From an uncultured Solirubrobacterales bacterium (GTDB taxonomy: Bacteria; Actinomycetota; Thermoleophilia; Solirubrobacterales; Solirubrobacteraceae): a stretch of DNA of 64,000 bases. Shown piece by piece: positions 47,679 through 58,391 of the stretch (position 1 is the stretch's first letter; every line of letters begins with the position of its first letter). Below the pieces are notes generated by a model that worked only from the letters and a program-made list of their open reading frames with translations, ran no database searches and was not told where the DNA came from. Position numbers and translations under genes: made by a program. The stretch spans positions 124,037 through 188,036 of the forward strand of contig CAVTRE010000005.1 of NCBI GenBank assembly GCA_963737055.1, in the 5' to 3' direction.

Positions 47679-48329
47679 CTAGGGGCGCGTCAGTAGCTGC
47701 AAGTAATTCCTGACGTAGCGCTCGTAGCGCTCGGGCGGGTAGCGCCCAGGGTCGGTCAGGATCATGCGCCCGGCCTGCTCGGCCCAGTCGCGGATCATGC
47801 GCGCGGTCAGCTCGACGTCGAGGTCGTGCGGAAGCTTGCTGCGCTCGACGCCCCACCGCACGAGCGCCTCGAGCCGGGCGAGCACCCGCGCCCGGTTGAC
47901 CTCGACGTGATCGCGGACGATCGATGGCGTGCCCTCGAGCGGGAGCAGGATGATCCGCCAGGTGGCCGGCCGCGTCGTCACGGCCTCGAGGAAGCGTCCG
48001 ACGCCGGCGATCAGTAGCTCGCCGGGCTCGTGATCGCCAGGGTCCTCGGGTACGACTTGCGCGAGCTGGTCCACCGAGATCCGCTCCTCGCGCTCGATCA
48101 CGGCGTGCAGCAGGCGGTTCAGGTTGGGGAAGTGGTCGTACACGACGGGCCGGGTGATGCCGGCCTCGCGAGCGATCGCCTCGATCGAGACGCCGGCGTA
48201 TCCGCGCTCGAGAATGACCTCGAGCGCGGCGTCGATCAGATGCTCCCGGCGCTGCTCAGGGGGCATCCGCGGCGCATAGCGGCGACGGCGCCTGGCGGGG
48301 GGATTTGGGGAGCGCGGAGCGGAGGTCAT
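47679..48329 (-). CDS. TetR/AcrR family transcriptional regulator
   Basis: N-terminal HTH (VSIEAIAREAGITRPVVYDHF). ATG at 48329. Confidence 0.85.
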   Translation of the reverse strand: MTSAPRSPNPPARRRRRYAPRMPPEQRREHLIDAALEVILERGYAGVSIEAIAREAGITRPVVYDHFPNLNRLLHAVIEREERISVDQLAQVVPEDPGDHEPGELLIAGVGRFLEAVTTRPATWRIILLPLEGTPSIVRDHVEVNRARVLARLEALVRWGVERSKLPHDLDVELTARMIRDWAEQAGRMILTDPGRYPPERYERYVRNYLQLLTRP

Positions 48330-48354
48330 CGCGCGGGCCAGGCTAGCGAACGGG

Positions 48355-49227
48355 TCAGCTACGACGGGCCCACCGTCGGCCACCGCGCCCCTGAACCACC
48401 TGGCGGAGCACTTCCTCGCTCCAGTCGCGGGAGCGCAGCAGCCGGTAGCGCTCGGCTGCGATGCGCATGTAGGCCTCGGTGGCGGTGGCGTCGCCGACGA
48501 GGTCGAGCTCACGAAGCAGAGCGACGGCCGGGCGGTACTCCGTCTCGAGCCATTGCCGGGCGGTCTCCTTGCGCTCGAGGGCGTCGCCGCGGGTCTGGAT
48601 CACGCGGAACCCCCAGGCCTCGACCGCCTCAGCGAGTACGGCGAAGTCCCAGGGATCGGTCAGCACGATTTCGGCGCGGGCGTCAGCGGGAAGCGGCACG
48701 CGCTCGAAGAAAACTCGCTCGTGACTCTTGAACGGCAGGTCCGACAGCTTCATCGCGTGGTCGGCGTCGACGCGCGTCGTTACCTCCGTGACGTAGGCGT
48801 CGATGTCGGTCCGCCCGAGGGCTCGCGCGACCGAGACACGATGGTGGCCGTCGCGGACGAAATAGAGCTCTCCGACCTTCAGGAGGTCGATTGGCGGGAA
48901 TGACTCGCCTCGACGTGCGGCGGCGGCGATCTGCTCCCAGCGGCTCCGGGACCGGCTCGAGGTCGGCCGGAAGCGCCGGTCGTAGTCCCGGCTCCGATCC
49001 ACCGAGCCCACGATCGCGTCGAGCTGAACGACGTGCAGCCCCGTGCGGTGCTCGCTGACGAACCCGAGCGCCGAGATCACCTCCTCGTAGGGCAGGACGA
49101 CGCCGACGTCGTCGGGCTCCAGGCGCAGGCGCGAGATCAGGCGGGAGATCGTCGCTCGTCGGCGGGCGCGCTGGAAATCGTTCTGGGCGTCCATGCCCGG
49201 GAGGCCTGTGGAACGCGGCGGCGGCAT
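48355..49227 (-). CDS. ParB/sulfiredoxin-like N-terminal domain protein
   Basis: FVRDGHHRV ParB-box-like motif. The start is ambiguous (ATG at 49227 or 49194). Confidence 0.7.
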   Translation of the reverse strand: MPPPRSTGLPGMDAQNDFQRARRRATISRLISRLRLEPDDVGVVLPYEEVISALGFVSEHRTGLHVVQLDAIVGSVDRSRDYDRRFRPTSSRSRSRWEQIAAAARRGESFPPIDLLKVGELYFVRDGHHRVSVARALGRTDIDAYVTEVTTRVDADHAMKLSDLPFKSHERVFFERVPLPADARAEIVLTDPWDFAVLAEAVEAWGFRVIQTRGDALERKETARQWLETEYRPAVALLRELDLVGDATATEAYMRIAAERYRLLRSRDWSEEVLRQVVQGRGGRRWARRS

Positions 49228-49277
49228 GCGCCGCTTGAGCTTAGCCGTCGGTGGGCTCGGCGCCCACGTCTGTCCGG

Positions 49278-50540
<1,263 letters not shown>

Positions 50541-50562
50541 GTTCTGAAGCTCTCTCTCTTTC

Positions 50563-51396
50563 TTAACCCTTGACCGCACCCGCCGTCAGACCGGCCACGA
50601 TCCGTCGCTGGAAGATCAGTACGAGCACCATCACCGGGATGGTGACGATCACCGCGGCAGCGGCGATATCGCCGTACGGCACCGAGAACTGCGAGACGCC
50701 GGGGAAGGACGAGATCGCTACCGGGACAGTCTCGGCAGCGGTCGTCGACGTGAGCGAGATGGCGAACACGAAGTCGTTCCAGCAGATGATGAACACGAGG
50801 ATGAACGTGGTCACGATCCCCGGCATCGCGAGCGGCACGATGATCTTGCGGAACGCCTGGAACGGCGTTGCCCCGTCGACCTGCGCCGCTTGTTCGAGCT
50901 CCCACGGTATCTCCCTGAAGAACGACGACAGCACAAAGATCGACAGCGGCAGCGCGAACGTCATGTACGGGATGATCAGCCCGGGCCAGGTGTCGTACAG
51001 GCCGACCTGGCGCCACAGGTTGAACAGAGGCCCGACGAGCGAGATCTGCGGAAACAGCGCGACCCCCAGCACGACGGCGAGGAGCACCTGTTTGCCTGGG
51101 AAGTCGAGGCGCGCGATCGCGTAGGCCGCCGAGGAGGCGATCGTCACCGCCAGCAGCGTCGAGATCAGCCCGATCCCGATCGAGTTGCGAAGCGCTGAGG
51201 TGAAGATCCCGGCCTTGAAGATGTCCGAGTAGTTCGACAGGGTCCACTGGTGCGGAATGAAGCTCCCGTCGGTGGCGGTCGCGGGAGTCTTCAGCGACAG
51301 GAACACGATCCACGCGACGGGGACGAGGGAGGCGACGACGATGATCAGGATCGCCGTCGACCATCCGCTGACCTGCTTGGCGCGCAGGCTCATCAC
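50563..51396 (-). CDS. carbohydrate ABC transporter permease
   Basis: EAA-like loop ([18 protein letters not shown]), 6 TM helices. Confidence 0.9.
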   Translation of the reverse strand: MMSLRAKQVSGWSTAILIIVVASLVPVAWIVFLSLKTPATATDGSFIPHQWTLSNYSDIFKAGIFTSALRNSIGIGLISTLLAVTIASSAAYAIARLDFPGKQVLLAVVLGVALFPQISLVGPLFNLWRQVGLYDTWPGLIIPYMTFALPLSIFVLSSFFREIPWELEQAAQVDGATPFQAFRKIIVPLAMPGIVTTFILVFIICWNDFVFAISLTSTTAAETVPVAISSFPGVSQFSVPYGDIAAAAVIVTIPVMVLVLIFQRRIVAGLTAGAVKG

Positions 51397-52331
51397 GCAG
51401 CCTCCGAGCCCGGCGCCACGCCGGCGCCGAACCCCTTGATGAACACGAACGCAATCAGCGCGACCATCAGGAACAGCACTACCGACACCGCCGAGCCGAG
51501 CCCAAGGTTGAGCCGGTCGAGCAGCGTGTTGTAGTTGAGCATCGAGATCGACTCGGTGCCCTGGGCGCCCTGGTTGAAGATGTAGATCGTGTCGAAGATC
51601 CGGAAGGCGTCAAGGGTGCGGAACAAGAGCGCGACCAGGATCGCGGGCTTCATCAGGGGCAGCGTGATCCTGGTGAACCGCTGCCAGGTCGTCGCCCCAT
51701 CGACCTTCGCCGCCTCCAGAAGGTCATCGGGGACGAGCGCGAGTCCGGCGAGCAGCAGCAACGCCATGAACGGTGTGTTCTTCCAGACCTCGGTGGTGAT
51801 GACTGCTACGTAGGTCCCGAAGGTGTGGCTCAGCGGATCGCCACTCAGCCCGAGCAGCCCCGGGATCCAGCCGCTCTGGAGCGACCACGCGAGCATCCAC
51901 GACTCAGCCGCCACCACGGCGACGATGGCGTACGGGACGAGTGCGATCCCCCGCACGAACCCACGGGCGAAGATGACCCGGTGCATGGCCAACGCCAGGC
52001 ACATCCCGAGCACGAACTGGATCGACACGCTGATCACCGTGATGATCACTGTGTGGAGCACGTCCTGCCAAAACACCGGCGCGCTCAGCACATGGCCGTA
52101 GTTGGCGAGACCGATGAACTTGGTGGCGTTCGGGAAGCGCAGGTCGGCACGCTGGAGCGACAGCGCGACCGCGTCGATGACCGGGTAGGCCGTCACGGCG
52201 ATCATCACGATCGCAGCGGGGGCGATCAGCCAGACGGCGAGGCGGCGTTCGGCGCGGGTGCGATCGGTCAGATGGCGGCGGCGGCGCGGGGCGGCGGTGG
52301 GCGCCGGCGCGGTGACGGCCCCGGTACTCAC
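51393..52331 (-). CDS. carbohydrate ABC transporter permease
   Basis: EAA loop ([20 protein letters not shown]). ATGA-type overlap with the downstream permease gene. Confidence 0.9.
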   Translation of the reverse strand: MSTGAVTAPAPTAAPRRRRHLTDRTRAERRLAVWLIAPAAIVMIAVTAYPVIDAVALSLQRADLRFPNATKFIGLANYGHVLSAPVFWQDVLHTVIITVISVSIQFVLGMCLALAMHRVIFARGFVRGIALVPYAIVAVVAAESWMLAWSLQSGWIPGLLGLSGDPLSHTFGTYVAVITTEVWKNTPFMALLLLAGLALVPDDLLEAAKVDGATTWQRFTRITLPLMKPAILVALLFRTLDAFRIFDTIYIFNQGAQGTESISMLNYNTLLDRLNLGLGSAVSVVLFLMVALIAFVFIKGFGAGVAPGSEAA

Positions 52332-53602
52332 AGGAGCGCCGCCGAAGAGAGCGAGGCCTTGATCTTGTTACGCAAACTGCTCACCACCGTGCTGGGGTTG
52401 ATGTTCGAGGTGGGGGACAAGGTCTTCTGGATCGCGAGCGTGACGTCGGCGTAGGCCGGCGTCTGCGGGCGGATTCCGTAGTTCTGAAGCTGCTGCTTGA
52501 TCAGCTGATGAAACGGATAGGCCTTCCCGAATGCCGGCTGGTCGTAGATGCTGGCGGCGACCGGGGCGAGGCCGCCCTTGATCGCGTTCCGGGATTGATT
52601 GCTCGGCTGGACCAGGCACTGAACCGCCTGGAACGCAAGGTCCGGGTGCTGGGAGAAGGCCGAGATGCCGAGGTTGTAGCCACCGATCGAGACGCGGGGG
52701 GTGATGCCGGGGACGACCCCGGGGAAGAGGGCGTATCCCATGTCCTTGAAGACCTTGGGGTTGCCCGCCTGGGTCGCCGACCAGACGAATGGGTAATTGA
52801 TCATGAACGCGGCGCTGCCGCTCTGGAAAGCCACCTGCCCGGGACCCTCCTGCGACACGTTCAGCGAAGGGTCGGCGCCCTTCGAGGTGGCGAGCTGGCG
52901 CATGATCGACGCCGCTATGGCAGCGGGCCTGCCGATAACGACCTGGTTGTCGGGCGAGAGGATCTGGCCGCCGGCCGAGTTGACCAGCGAGTTGAACCAC
53001 ACGGTCAGACCCTCGTACTGGGCGCCCTGCTCCTCGATGAAGTGGGGTTTGCCCTCGGCTGCGAGGTGGTTGGCATCGGCGATCATCTGCGCCCAGGTAG
53101 TGGGCGGAGTCGGCACGAGGTCCTTGCGGTACCACAGCAGCTCGGTGTTCGAGTTGATCGGGACCGCCCAGAGTTTGTTCTTCCATGTGGCGGTCTGAAC
53201 GGGCCCGGCGAGATCGGTGGACTTGATCTGGGCGGCGAGGCTCGCCGGCACAGGCTTCAGCCACTTCGCGGTCGCGAACTCGGCGGTCCAGTCGACGTCC
53301 ATCGCGAGGATGTCGATCGACGAGTCGCTGGCGGCGAGGCGGCGGACGAGCGACACGCGCTGCTGGTCGGACGACGTCGACAGGAAGTTGATCTTGATGT
53401 CGTAGGCGCCGTGCGAGTTGTTGCTGCACTCGGTCGCGGCCGCTTGGAACGAGCCCGACGGCTCGGGGAACACGTACCAGTTGAGCGTAACGGGGCCTTT
53501 GCTCGATGAACCGCAGGCGGCCAGGAGCGCGGTAGTAGCAGCGGTGGCGAAAACCGCGGTGAGTCGCCTGCTACCGATCCCGAAAGAGTGTCTCCTCAGC
53601 AC
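52328..53602 (-). CDS. ABC transporter substrate-binding lipoprotein (family 1 solute-binding)
   Basis: Lipobox LLAACGS, 424 aa, first gene of the ABC operon. Confidence 0.85.
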   Translation of the reverse strand: MLRRHSFGIGSRRLTAVFATAATTALLAACGSSSKGPVTLNWYVFPEPSGSFQAAATECSNNSHGAYDIKINFLSTSSDQQRVSLVRRLAASDSSIDILAMDVDWTAEFATAKWLKPVPASLAAQIKSTDLAGPVQTATWKNKLWAVPINSNTELLWYRKDLVPTPPTTWAQMIADANHLAAEGKPHFIEEQGAQYEGLTVWFNSLVNSAGGQILSPDNQVVIGRPAAIAASIMRQLATSKGADPSLNVSQEGPGQVAFQSGSAAFMINYPFVWSATQAGNPKVFKDMGYALFPGVVPGITPRVSIGGYNLGISAFSQHPDLAFQAVQCLVQPSNQSRNAIKGGLAPVAASIYDQPAFGKAYPFHQLIKQQLQNYGIRPQTPAYADVTLAIQKTLSPTSNINPSTVVSSLRNKIKASLSSAALL

Positions 53603-53767
53603 TCTCTCCTTCCCAGTCGAACCCTTCTGATCCCGTTACGTGACGGGCGACGATGGCCTGGTACCCGGCAGGTGGCCTCGTCTAACTTGAATTTCACAAT
53701 TCGTGGTTCGGTTGGATAAGCGACCGGTAGGTTCGTTGGCCGCGGTGGCGGCAGGCGCTGGGTGGGT

Positions 53768-54511
53768 TCAGGCACGTTGCGGCGGATTCGGCTCCGCGCA
53801 CAGGGCGCACCGGCTCCAGTCGAACGGGCGCTCGATGCCGCGCAGGCGCCGGTCGTTCTCGTGCCATTCGCGATTGAGGTGGCGGCCGATGACGACCGCG
53901 GCTGTTGCGCCGGCGCCCGCGGCCTTGAGCGCCGCGGCGGCACTCTGGGCGCTCGCTCCGGTGGTCCAGGTGTCGTCGATCAGGAGCACCGAGCAGCTGT
54001 TGAGCGGGTGGGTCGCCGCGAACTTGTCAGGGGTGAAGGTTCGTGGGACGGCGTGGGTATGCGAGCGTTGGAGGATGGGGCGGTAGCGGTCTCTCGTAGG
54101 CCCGACCAGCTCACCGACGATCCAGCCGAGGGGATGCAGCTCGTCGCGTGGGCGGTCGCCCGACGGAACCGTCGTGACCAGGTCGAAGCGGTCCGTCCCA
54201 GCGGCGCGAGCGACGCACCTCTCGTGCTCGGCGAGGAACCGCCAAAGGATCGCCGCGAGGCTCGCGCCGAGCCGGCGTGCGACCTCGCCGTCCAGCCGCT
54301 TGTAGCTCGCGAGCGCGTGATGAAGCTGCTCGCGCGCGACGCTGTAGGAGATCGGGGCGACGGCGTCGAGCACCGACTGGCCGTGATCACACGCGTAGCA
54401 CCGCGAGTACCCGTCGGTGAAGTTGAAGCAGGTCGTGCACACGCTCGGGCCGCGGCGCGGGCCGAGCATCACGTTCTCGTAAAGCGCGCTCAGCTCTCGG
54501 ACCGAGGGCAT
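53768..54511 (-). CDS. ComF-family phosphoribosyltransferase-domain protein
   Basis: N-terminal Cys pairs (CTTC...CYAC) and a PRPP loop (VLLIDDTWTTGAS). Confidence 0.8.
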   Translation of the reverse strand: MPSVRELSALYENVMLGPRRGPSVCTTCFNFTDGYSRCYACDHGQSVLDAVAPISYSVAREQLHHALASYKRLDGEVARRLGASLAAILWRFLAEHERCVARAAGTDRFDLVTTVPSGDRPRDELHPLGWIVGELVGPTRDRYRPILQRSHTHAVPRTFTPDKFAATHPLNSCSVLLIDDTWTTGASAQSAAAALKAAGAGATAAVVIGRHLNREWHENDRRLRGIERPFDWSRCALCAEPNPPQRA

Positions 54512-54524
54512 CGGTCTGCCCCGG

Positions 54525-55547
54525 TCAGGCCACGAGCGACCCGGGCGAGATCAGCCGCTCGACGACGGTCGTGATCTCCTCGGGCTCGCGCACCACGTGG
54601 GTCCCGGGCCGGCGCGCATACTCGCGCGCCCAGGCCTGCCGCTCGACCAGCGAGGCCAGGAGAAACACCGGTCTTCCCTGTGCGAGCGCGAGACGCGCCT
54701 GCATCCGCGCGCCGCTGGTGTCGGACGCCTCGACGACGACGGTCGCGAGCGCGATGCCTGACATGACCGCGTTCCGCATCGGGAAGCTCCGGCGGCTGGG
54801 AGGGGAGCCGGGCCAGAATTGCGAGACAACCGCGCACTCCGAGGCGATCCGTTGCTGGAGCTCTTGGTTTTGTGGCGGATAGGAGCGCCCGAGCCCCGTT
54901 CCGATCACCGCGACGGTCCGGCCGCCGGGCTTGGTGCGGGCGGCGGTGTGGGCCGCGGTGTCGATGCCGGCGGCGAGGCCCGACACGACCGTGTATCCGT
55001 GGTCAACGAGATGCTCGGCGATCGCGGCGGCGCGCCCCGTGCCGGCATGGCTCGCCTTGCGCGCCCCGACGACGGCGACGCCTCGGGCGTCGGCGGGCGT
55101 CAGGTGGCCGGCGACGAACACCATCGGGGGGCGGTCGTGGACGGCCCGGAGGTTCGGGGGGTAGCCGCGGTCCAGCAGCGTGACGAGGTGCATGCCTTGG
55201 GAGCTCCACCGCTCGAGGTCGGCGCGGGCCTCGGCGATCAGCCGATCCGGGTCGGCCTTCCGGTGGTCGGGGCCTTTCTTACCCCCGGTGCTGCGGTCCC
55301 TGGGTTCTGGGAAGAGGGTCGTCTGAGCGCTGGGGGCGAGCTTGTCCGCGATCGGGGCGATCTCGTCCGCGATCGGGGCCAGCTCGTCTGCGGTCGGGGC
55401 GATCTCGTCCGCGATCGGGGCCAGCTCGTCCGCGAGTACGGCGGCGACGCTTTCCCGCTCCTCGATCAGGTCGGCGTACTCCACCCAAGGCCGCCGACCG
55501 GTCCTGAGCAGGGCCACCATCGCCGCACGCTCGTCGGCAGCTGTCAT
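54525..55547 (-). CDS. DprA-like DNA-processing protein (Rossmann SMF domain) with an internal heptapeptide repeat
   Basis: VVGARKAS, SGLAAGIDTAAH, FPMRN. ADE(L/I)AP(I/T) x5 occupies the N-terminal linker. Confidence 0.8.
   Translation of the reverse strand: MTAADERAAMVALLRTGRRPWVEYADLIEERESVAAVLADELAPIADEIAPTADELAPIADEIAPIADKLAPSAQTTLFPEPRDRSTGGKKGPDHRKADPDRLIAEARADLERWSSQGMHLVTLLDRGYPPNLRAVHDRPPMVFVAGHLTPADARGVAVVGARKASHAGTGRAAAIAEHLVDHGYTVVSGLAAGIDTAAHTAARTKPGGRTVAVIGTGLGRSYPPQNQELQQRIASECAVVSQFWPGSPPSRRSFPMRNAVMSGIALATVVVEASDTSGARMQARLALAQGRPVFLLASLVERQAWAREYARRPGTHVVREPEEITTVVERLISPGSLVA
55329..55433. repeat. in-frame 21-bp x5 tandem repeat inside the dprA-like gene
   Basis: Encodes ADELAPI/ADEIAPT/ADELAPI/ADEIAPI/ADKLAPS (residues 39-73). 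I checked the codons at the 3' boundary. Confidence 0.85.
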
Positions 55548-55590
55548 CGCGCGAGCCTAGCGTGCCCGCCAGATGCGCTTGGTCGGCTTC

Positions 55591-55845
55591 TCAGCCGACC
55601 GGCTGAACCGGCTCTGCCGGTTGAGCGGGCTCCTTCGGCTGCGACGCCTCGACGGTGCTGGCCTGGCTAACCAGCTGGTCCTGCGGCTCGTGTTCCTCGC
55701 CGCTCATGGCGCTACGGAAGTCCCGGAGTCCCTTTCCGAGCGCACGGCCAGCCTCTGGCAGTCGCTTGGGTCCGAGCACAAGCAGCGCGACAACGAGAAT
55801 CAGGAGCAGGTGCGTCGGCTGAAGGATGTTGTCGACGAATGGCAT
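55591..55845 (-). CDS. tatA: twin-arginine translocase TatA/E family subunit
   Basis: ATG at 55845. LLILVVALLVLGPKRLPEAGRALGKGLRDF is the canonical TatA TM helix plus amphipathic helix. Confidence 0.9.
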   Translation of the reverse strand: MPFVDNILQPTHLLLILVVALLVLGPKRLPEAGRALGKGLRDFRSAMSGEEHEPQDQLVSQASTVEASQPKEPAQPAEPVQPVG

Positions 55846-55945
55846 CGGGACAAGCTTACCCGCTGAGCGAGTCCGGCCAAGGGACTTTTCGGTGTCGGAG
55901 GCTCGTACCGAGCGATGAGGCCCCGTGATCAAGGCGTTTCTTCGG

Positions 55946-58240
55946 CTAAGGATGACCGCCGACGATCACCGGTACCCGCTGGCTGGCGGCGGGGGCGTAT
56001 GGGTAGTTGCCCATCGGGAGCGAGGCGATCTGGAACCAATAGGTTCGGAAGATGCTCGGATCGCCAGGTCCGAAGGAGGCGACCGTCGAGAAGCGACCAC
56101 CCCCGCTGACGTGCTCCTCGACGCCGTAGGTCTCGTAGGTGGACTTGTAGCCGATGCGTAGCCGCACGAGTGCGCCGCCAGGCGGGAGGTACCCGCCGAG
56201 CAGCTGCCCGACCAGGTGAACGGTGCCGCCCCACGCGACTCTCCGTGGCCAGACGCGCACGAGCCTCACGTTCGCGGGGACGATGGTCGCCACCTGTCCG
56301 CTCGAGGGCAGGATCGTCGAGGTGCCGTTCGTGACCGCCCGGATGATGCGCGACGGGCCGGGCGGGATCGTCGCGCTCCAGCTGCCGTTCGCGCCGGTTG
56401 TCGCGGTTGCGACCTGACCGAACGCGTTCGTGTTGTTGTTCGGCGCCGCGAAGATCTCGACCGGCTGACCCGGTAGGGGCAAACCCGTTCCGGTCGTGTA
56501 CAGACCATGGACGGTGACGGATTTCCCATACGGAACGTTCAGGCTCGTCGTCGTTCGGACGCGCGGCGGTCTGCAGATCCGCTTGGCCCGTCCGCGGTGG
56601 GGGCCGGTGCGGACGCGCTTGGTGGTGCACTGCTCGACGTATTTGACGACCTTGATCCTCTTGTAGTGCCCGTTCCGCTTGACCCTCACGAAGACAGTTC
56701 GACGCTTGAGCGGATTGACGATCTTCGTCAGGCTGACCTGGGAGTCGGAGGCGATGCGGAGCGGGAGAGCGAGTTGCTGAGTGGTCGAGGCGCAGTTGCC
56801 GACGTTGTCGCACGCGGTGGCGCGGAACGAGTACGGCCCGCTACGCCCGGCGTCGTCGAAGTGAGCCACGAGATGAGAGCCGTTGAACGACCCCGGAAGG
56901 CTCGTCCAGTTGCTCGTTCCGGCGGGGGCCATCTCGATCGTCCCGCCGGCCACCCCTGATTCGCTGTCGCTCGCGTCGATGACCAGACCGGTCGGATCGT
57001 GCGGGTTCTGCGGCTCGAAGTGCAGCGACGGTGGCGCCTCGTCGATGTGGACGGCGACGGAGTTTGTGCCCGTGTTCGGCTGACCTTGTGGGTCCACGGC
57101 CCTGTTCCATGCCGTGCACGACACGGTGTGGATGCCATCGCCATCAACCGTAATACCCTTCGCGGGGTACGACGTCATGCCGCCGCGGTCGATGCCGCAA
57201 TTCATACCGCCGATGCCGGAAGGACCGGCGGTGGGAGTGGCGGTCACGGTCACGGCGTGGTTGATCCAGAGGCCTGGACTCGGATCGTTCGGCGTAGCCA
57301 GCGTGACGCCCACTGGGACGTTGTCGATGTGCAACACCCTTGATATCGAGCCCGAGACGCCAGCGGCATTCGTCGCGTTGAGTTGCATCGTCAAATTGCC
57401 GCTCCCGGGCACATACGTCCGGGTGTCCACCTGAAATCCCCAATCTCCTGGATCTGGGCACTGTTGCCACACGGAGGTGTCCCGCGGCACTGGGGGAGCG
57501 GTCACTAAAACGCTATCGAGATACGCCCACATGTCGCACGCGCCGGAGGGATCGCTGGCATCTGATGCGACCCACCATGAGTCACCGGGAGGATTCCAGA
57601 CGGACTGTGCGTCGCTCCACAGGGCGCCAATTCCCGTCACCGTGGGAGCCGATGTCTCAGTCCCGGAAAGCTCGATCCCGCCGATTGTCAACTCGGACTC
57701 GAGTTGTCCGCACGGCCCCTGGCTCGCCGAATGCGTACAAACTAGCTGAATACCGTAAATCTGGCTGTTGATGTCGGAGGTTCCTTCGAGGCCAGTGTTA
57801 AACCATTCTTGGCTCGAGGCCAAAGTCGATCCTCCAAAAACTCCTGTCGCGTTACTCCTCCAGAAGTCACCGGCAACGAGGCCACTCGGCAGCGTTGTTG
57901 CCGTAACATCGCCATTTGTAGTCCAGGCCGAATTGATCGTGATGCCAGACGGTGCTGTCGTCATCCAAAAGGCATTCTGCCCAGGAGGTACGTCGGCGAG
58001 GCTAACGATCGTCATAGGACACAGGCTTGAGGTGTAGAACGCTGCCAAGTCTCCGTAGAGGCTAAAGGCATTGCAGGCACCGGCTTGACCGGCGCCCATG
58101 TCTCCGTCGGAGACCCAGATCGTCCCCGCCTCGGCCGCCGGGGACCGGAGGGCTAGGAACAGACACAAGGCGACGATTATCGTGATCGCGTTTGCCGCGC
58201 GGGTGGAGAAAGTTCGGCGATTTACGCTTCTGCCAGTCAT
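55946..58240 (-). CDS. large exported multi-domain surface protein with a Tat-type signal peptide
   Basis: ATG at 58240. An NRRTF twin-arginine motif is followed by a hydrophobic region and AEA. Ig-like and CarboxypepD_reg-like repeats by composition. The 5' third is lower in GC. Confidence 0.8.
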   Translation of the reverse strand: MTGRSVNRRTFSTRAANAITIIVALCLFLALRSPAAEAGTIWVSDGDMGAGQAGACNAFSLYGDLAAFYTSSLCPMTIVSLADVPPGQNAFWMTTAPSGITINSAWTTNGDVTATTLPSGLVAGDFWRSNATGVFGGSTLASSQEWFNTGLEGTSDINSQIYGIQLVCTHSASQGPCGQLESELTIGGIELSGTETSAPTVTGIGALWSDAQSVWNPPGDSWWVASDASDPSGACDMWAYLDSVLVTAPPVPRDTSVWQQCPDPGDWGFQVDTRTYVPGSGNLTMQLNATNAAGVSGSISRVLHIDNVPVGVTLATPNDPSPGLWINHAVTVTATPTAGPSGIGGMNCGIDRGGMTSYPAKGITVDGDGIHTVSCTAWNRAVDPQGQPNTGTNSVAVHIDEAPPSLHFEPQNPHDPTGLVIDASDSESGVAGGTIEMAPAGTSNWTSLPGSFNGSHLVAHFDDAGRSGPYSFRATACDNVGNCASTTQQLALPLRIASDSQVSLTKIVNPLKRRTVFVRVKRNGHYKRIKVVKYVEQCTTKRVRTGPHRGRAKRICRPPRVRTTTSLNVPYGKSVTVHGLYTTGTGLPLPGQPVEIFAAPNNNTNAFGQVATATTGANGSWSATIPPGPSRIIRAVTNGTSTILPSSGQVATIVPANVRLVRVWPRRVAWGGTVHLVGQLLGGYLPPGGALVRLRIGYKSTYETYGVEEHVSGGGRFSTVASFGPGDPSIFRTYWFQIASLPMGNYPYAPAASQRVPVIVGGHP

Positions 58241-58391
58241 AGACTGCAAACTGTCGATACGTGGCTGAAAAATGGTCGCCGTCGAGGGCGCCCCGGCAGC
58301 GGACGCGAACAGGCTGGCCGGTCCGGAGCAACAATCGGACGTCGCAAATGGCCTTGCGTTGCATCCGGGAGGAAGGCGGTCATCGGAGTCC

